Part shown: piece by piece, positions 6,685 to 8,576 of the stretch | How positions within the stretch are numbered: position 1 is the stretch's first letter | Layout of the letters: every line of letters begins with the position of its first letter | Origin: a virus | Lineage: Duplodnaviria; Heunggongvirae; Uroviricota; Caudoviricetes | Virus record (IMG/VR): IMGVR_UViG_2778261083_000006 | Strand: one strand, 5' to 3' | Length of the DNA stretch: 8,576 nt | Notes under the pieces: model-generated | The model's input: the letters and a program-made list of their open reading frames with translations, nothing else | Databases searched by the model: none | Told to the model about the DNA's origin: nothing | Program-made: the position numbers and the translations under genes

Positions 6685-7623
6685 ATGCCAACTGTAGTTT
6701 CACTTTTTTCTGGATGTGGTGGTTCTGATGCGGGAGTTTTGAACGCAGGTTTCAATGTGCTTATGGCAAATGATATTTTGCCTTACGCAAGGGACGTTTA
6801 CTTAGAAAACCATCCTGAAACTGACTACATTTTGGGCGATATCTCAGGGCTCCAGTCGTTCCCTTCTGCTGAGTTGCTCATCGGATGCTATCCTTGCCAA
6901 GGATTTAGTCAAGGTGGGGCAAGGAAGGCAGATAGAAAGATTAATACACTATATTTAGAGTTTGCCCGTGCTTTGAGTAAAATTAAGCCAAAAGCATTCA
7001 TTGTAGAGAATGTCTCTGGTATGGTAAGGCGTAACTTTGAGCATTTATTAAAGGATCAATTCAAAGTTTTCGAAGAAGCAGGTTATACAGTAAGCTCGCA
7101 AATTCTGAATGCGTCCCATTATGGGGTATCCCAAGATAGGAAGCGAATCTTTATCGTAGGAATACGAAAGGACTACGGTATTACATACAAATTTCCAAAA
7201 CCAACACATGGTGATGGTTTGACACCATATTCCACAATTCGTGATGCTATTGGGCATATGCCTGTTTGGCCTGTTGGCGAGTTTTATGACGCCGATTTTC
7301 ATTGGTATTATCTATCGCGAAACCGTAGGCAAGATTGGGATCAGATATCTAAAACAATTGTTGCAAATCCTAGACATATGCCTCTACATCCAATAAGTCC
7401 AACATTAGAAAAATTGGGACCTGATAAGTGGCAATTTACTTCGGATGCACCAGCTCGTAGGTTTAGCTATCGAGAGGCTGCTATTTTACAAGGTTTTGGG
7501 GATTTAATTTTCCCAGAAACTGAACGGGCTTCTATTAATATGAAATATACTGTGGTAGGTAATGCAGTACCGCCTCCATTGTTTGAGGCGGTTGCTAGAA
7601 ACCTTCCAGATTTATGGGATTAA
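6685..7623 (+). CDS. DNA (cytosine-5)-methyltransferase
   Basis: Motif I FSGCGG (6703-6720); catalytic P-C in GCYPCQGFSQGG (Pro-Cys at 6892-6897); motif VI FIVENVSGM; motif VIII SQDRKRIFIVG; C-terminal REAAILQGF and VVGNAVPPPLF. 312 aa, about 40% GC. Confidence 0.93.
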   Translation: MPTVVSLFSGCGGSDAGVLNAGFNVLMANDILPYARDVYLENHPETDYILGDISGLQSFPSAELLIGCYPCQGFSQGGARKADRKINTLYLEFARALSKIKPKAFIVENVSGMVRRNFEHLLKDQFKVFEEAGYTVSSQILNASHYGVSQDRKRIFIVGIRKDYGITYKFPKPTHGDGLTPYSTIRDAIGHMPVWPVGEFYDADFHWYYLSRNRRQDWDQISKTIVANPRHMPLHPISPTLEKLGPDKWQFTSDAPARRFSYREAAILQGFGDLIFPETERASINMKYTVVGNAVPPPLFEAVARNLPDLWD

Positions 7624-8525
7624 GCAGCGATCGCGCTGGAAGGATCAAGGATGATATCTAGATAGCTAATATTTTGACTGTGATCAATATTATCAGATGC
7701 TCTGGTTAAATTGATTAATCTTAGGCGATCAACAAAAATAGCATCGCCTAACTTATTTTTATGCGCCCACTCACCATCTATCCATCGTAGATCTTGAGGT
7801 AAGAAATAATAAGTTGCCCATCGGTGAGCTACGGGGAATTTACTGTAGAGCATCGCAGGTGAGGCCTCAAGCTGCTTCGCTTCCCACTCTTCTTGAGAAC
7901 AGCCACACTGAACAAAAGAAATAGGGATGGCATCTCGTTGATCTCCCATTGGATGCCAGGCAATTATGTCAAGGCCTCCGTCACCACTATTTCCTCGACT
8001 GAAATCTCGTTCTTTGAAGTTCGCTGTGCAACGGATATCGGAAGCAATACTCTTAAATTTATTATATAGAGTTCCAGTGTAAGGGGCCGCTTGACCACCA
8101 GAAGCCCAGCATGCTTTTATTATGCTACCGCTAGGCATTAGGCTTTCAAAAATAGGTAAACTAATTAGTTCAAAACTGCGCGTTATCTCTCTTCTGCTCA
8201 TTATGTTGACATATTTTATGTTAGCACAGATTAGTAAAGCTAAATATAGTCTTTCTAAATGTTCCAGTGGCTTTTCTGATATATCACGTAACTCTACAGT
8301 ATCGTTGTCTTCTGATAAAGTAAAAGGGTAACTATCCCCAAATAAATCAATGCGTTGTCGTATGAAGCCTATCGCATAGCTCCACTTTCTGTCAGTATAT
8401 GCTCGACTAACACTTCGTTTTGTTCTCTTGCGTACAGGCGTATCATTTTCATCATCAACATCATAAACGCCCTCTTCTTCTGCTTCATCTGTTTCAGCTA
8501 GGGAAGGTGCGAATAAGCAGGTCAT
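7620..8525 (-). CDS. Unknown protein convergent with the methyltransferase; candidate restriction endonuclease or other defence effector; may be 5'-partial
   Basis: At least 301 codons; its stop overlaps the methyltransferase stop by 4 bp (7620-7623); about 33-38% GC. The frame has no stop between ATG 8523-8525 and the window end at 8576, so the true start may lie outside the window. No motif I can assign confidently; a weak PD-(D/E)xK-like pattern (GLDIIAW ... EAK) is speculative. Confidence 0.7.
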   Translation of the reverse strand: MTCLFAPSLAETDEAEEEGVYDVDDENDTPVRKRTKRSVSRAYTDRKWSYAIGFIRQRIDLFGDSYPFTLSEDNDTVELRDISEKPLEHLERLYLALLICANIKYVNIMSRREITRSFELISLPIFESLMPSGSIIKACWASGGQAAPYTGTLYNKFKSIASDIRCTANFKERDFSRGNSGDGGLDIIAWHPMGDQRDAIPISFVQCGCSQEEWEAKQLEASPAMLYSKFPVAHRWATYYFLPQDLRWIDGEWAHKNKLGDAIFVDRLRLINLTRASDNIDHSQNISYLDIILDPSSAIAA

Positions 8526-8576
8526 TTCTTCCCAAGTTGACTCGCTGATTAAAATTTCGCGGATCTGGGCCGATTT

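Larger units (their letters stand above)
1..8576. mobile_element. Partial P2-like prophage: lysogeny module, early replication operon and the start of the accessory region downstream of gene A
   Basis: Gene order int-C / cox-B-A with P2-like sizes; A protein carries HUH and paired Tyr motifs; minus-strand int and C diverge from the rightward early operon. att site and late genes are outside the window. Confidence 0.85.

Noticed and set aside
7048-8331. ORFs 7048-7302 (minus) and 8122-8331 (plus) inside the methyltransferase and partner genes
   Set aside because: Antisense to CDSs with clear motifs or long open frames; in AT-rich sequence short ORFs like these are unreliable.
6443-8576. Retron or other reverse-transcriptase-based cargo, which P2-like hotspots sometimes carry
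   Set aside because: No ORF with reverse-transcriptase motifs and no msr/msd-like structured repeat; the cargo ORFs are a methyltransferase and an unknown protein.
1-8576. P4-type satellite rather than a P2-type helper phage
   Set aside because: The replication gene is an HUH rolling-circle initiator with the P2 A tyrosine pair, not a P4 alpha primase-helicase, and the cox-B-A order is P2-like.
1-8576. CRISPR arrays, tRNA/rRNA genes, transposases or IS inverted repeats
   Set aside because: No spaced direct-repeat array, no cloverleaf-compatible segment noticed, and no transposase-like ORF; the attachment site is presumably left of position 1.

Overview
This window is the left arm of a P2-like temperate phage (prophage) of an enterobacterial host, followed by low-GC accessory cargo. 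From the left: a tyrosine integrase and an HTH immunity repressor on the minus strand (P2 int and C equivalents); a switch region with twin palindromic operators; then a rightward, translationally coupled early operon (cox, a small ORF, B, three small ORFs including a TraR/DksA-type zinc finger, and the HUH rolling-circle initiator A, whose HUH motif and two tyrosines sit at the positions of the P2 A active-site residues). Two accessory genes are coupled to the end of A (an ASCH/PUA-like protein and a 68-aa ORF). At about 6450-6530 the composition drops from roughly 55-60% GC to roughly 33-43% GC (hand counts on 60-nt samples). The AT-rich segment carries a C5-cytosine DNA methyltransferase with its own promoter and, converging on it with a 4-bp stop overlap, an unrecognised gene of at least 301 codons that stays open to the window edge. 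This occupies the position where P2 carries its variable tin/old accessory genes, a known hotspot for anti-phage systems. The methyltransferase plus unknown partner is the best candidate for a restriction-modification-like or novel defence module. No rRNA, tRNA, CRISPR array or transposase was seen. All functional calls come from motif reading and recalled family knowledge; no database search was run.
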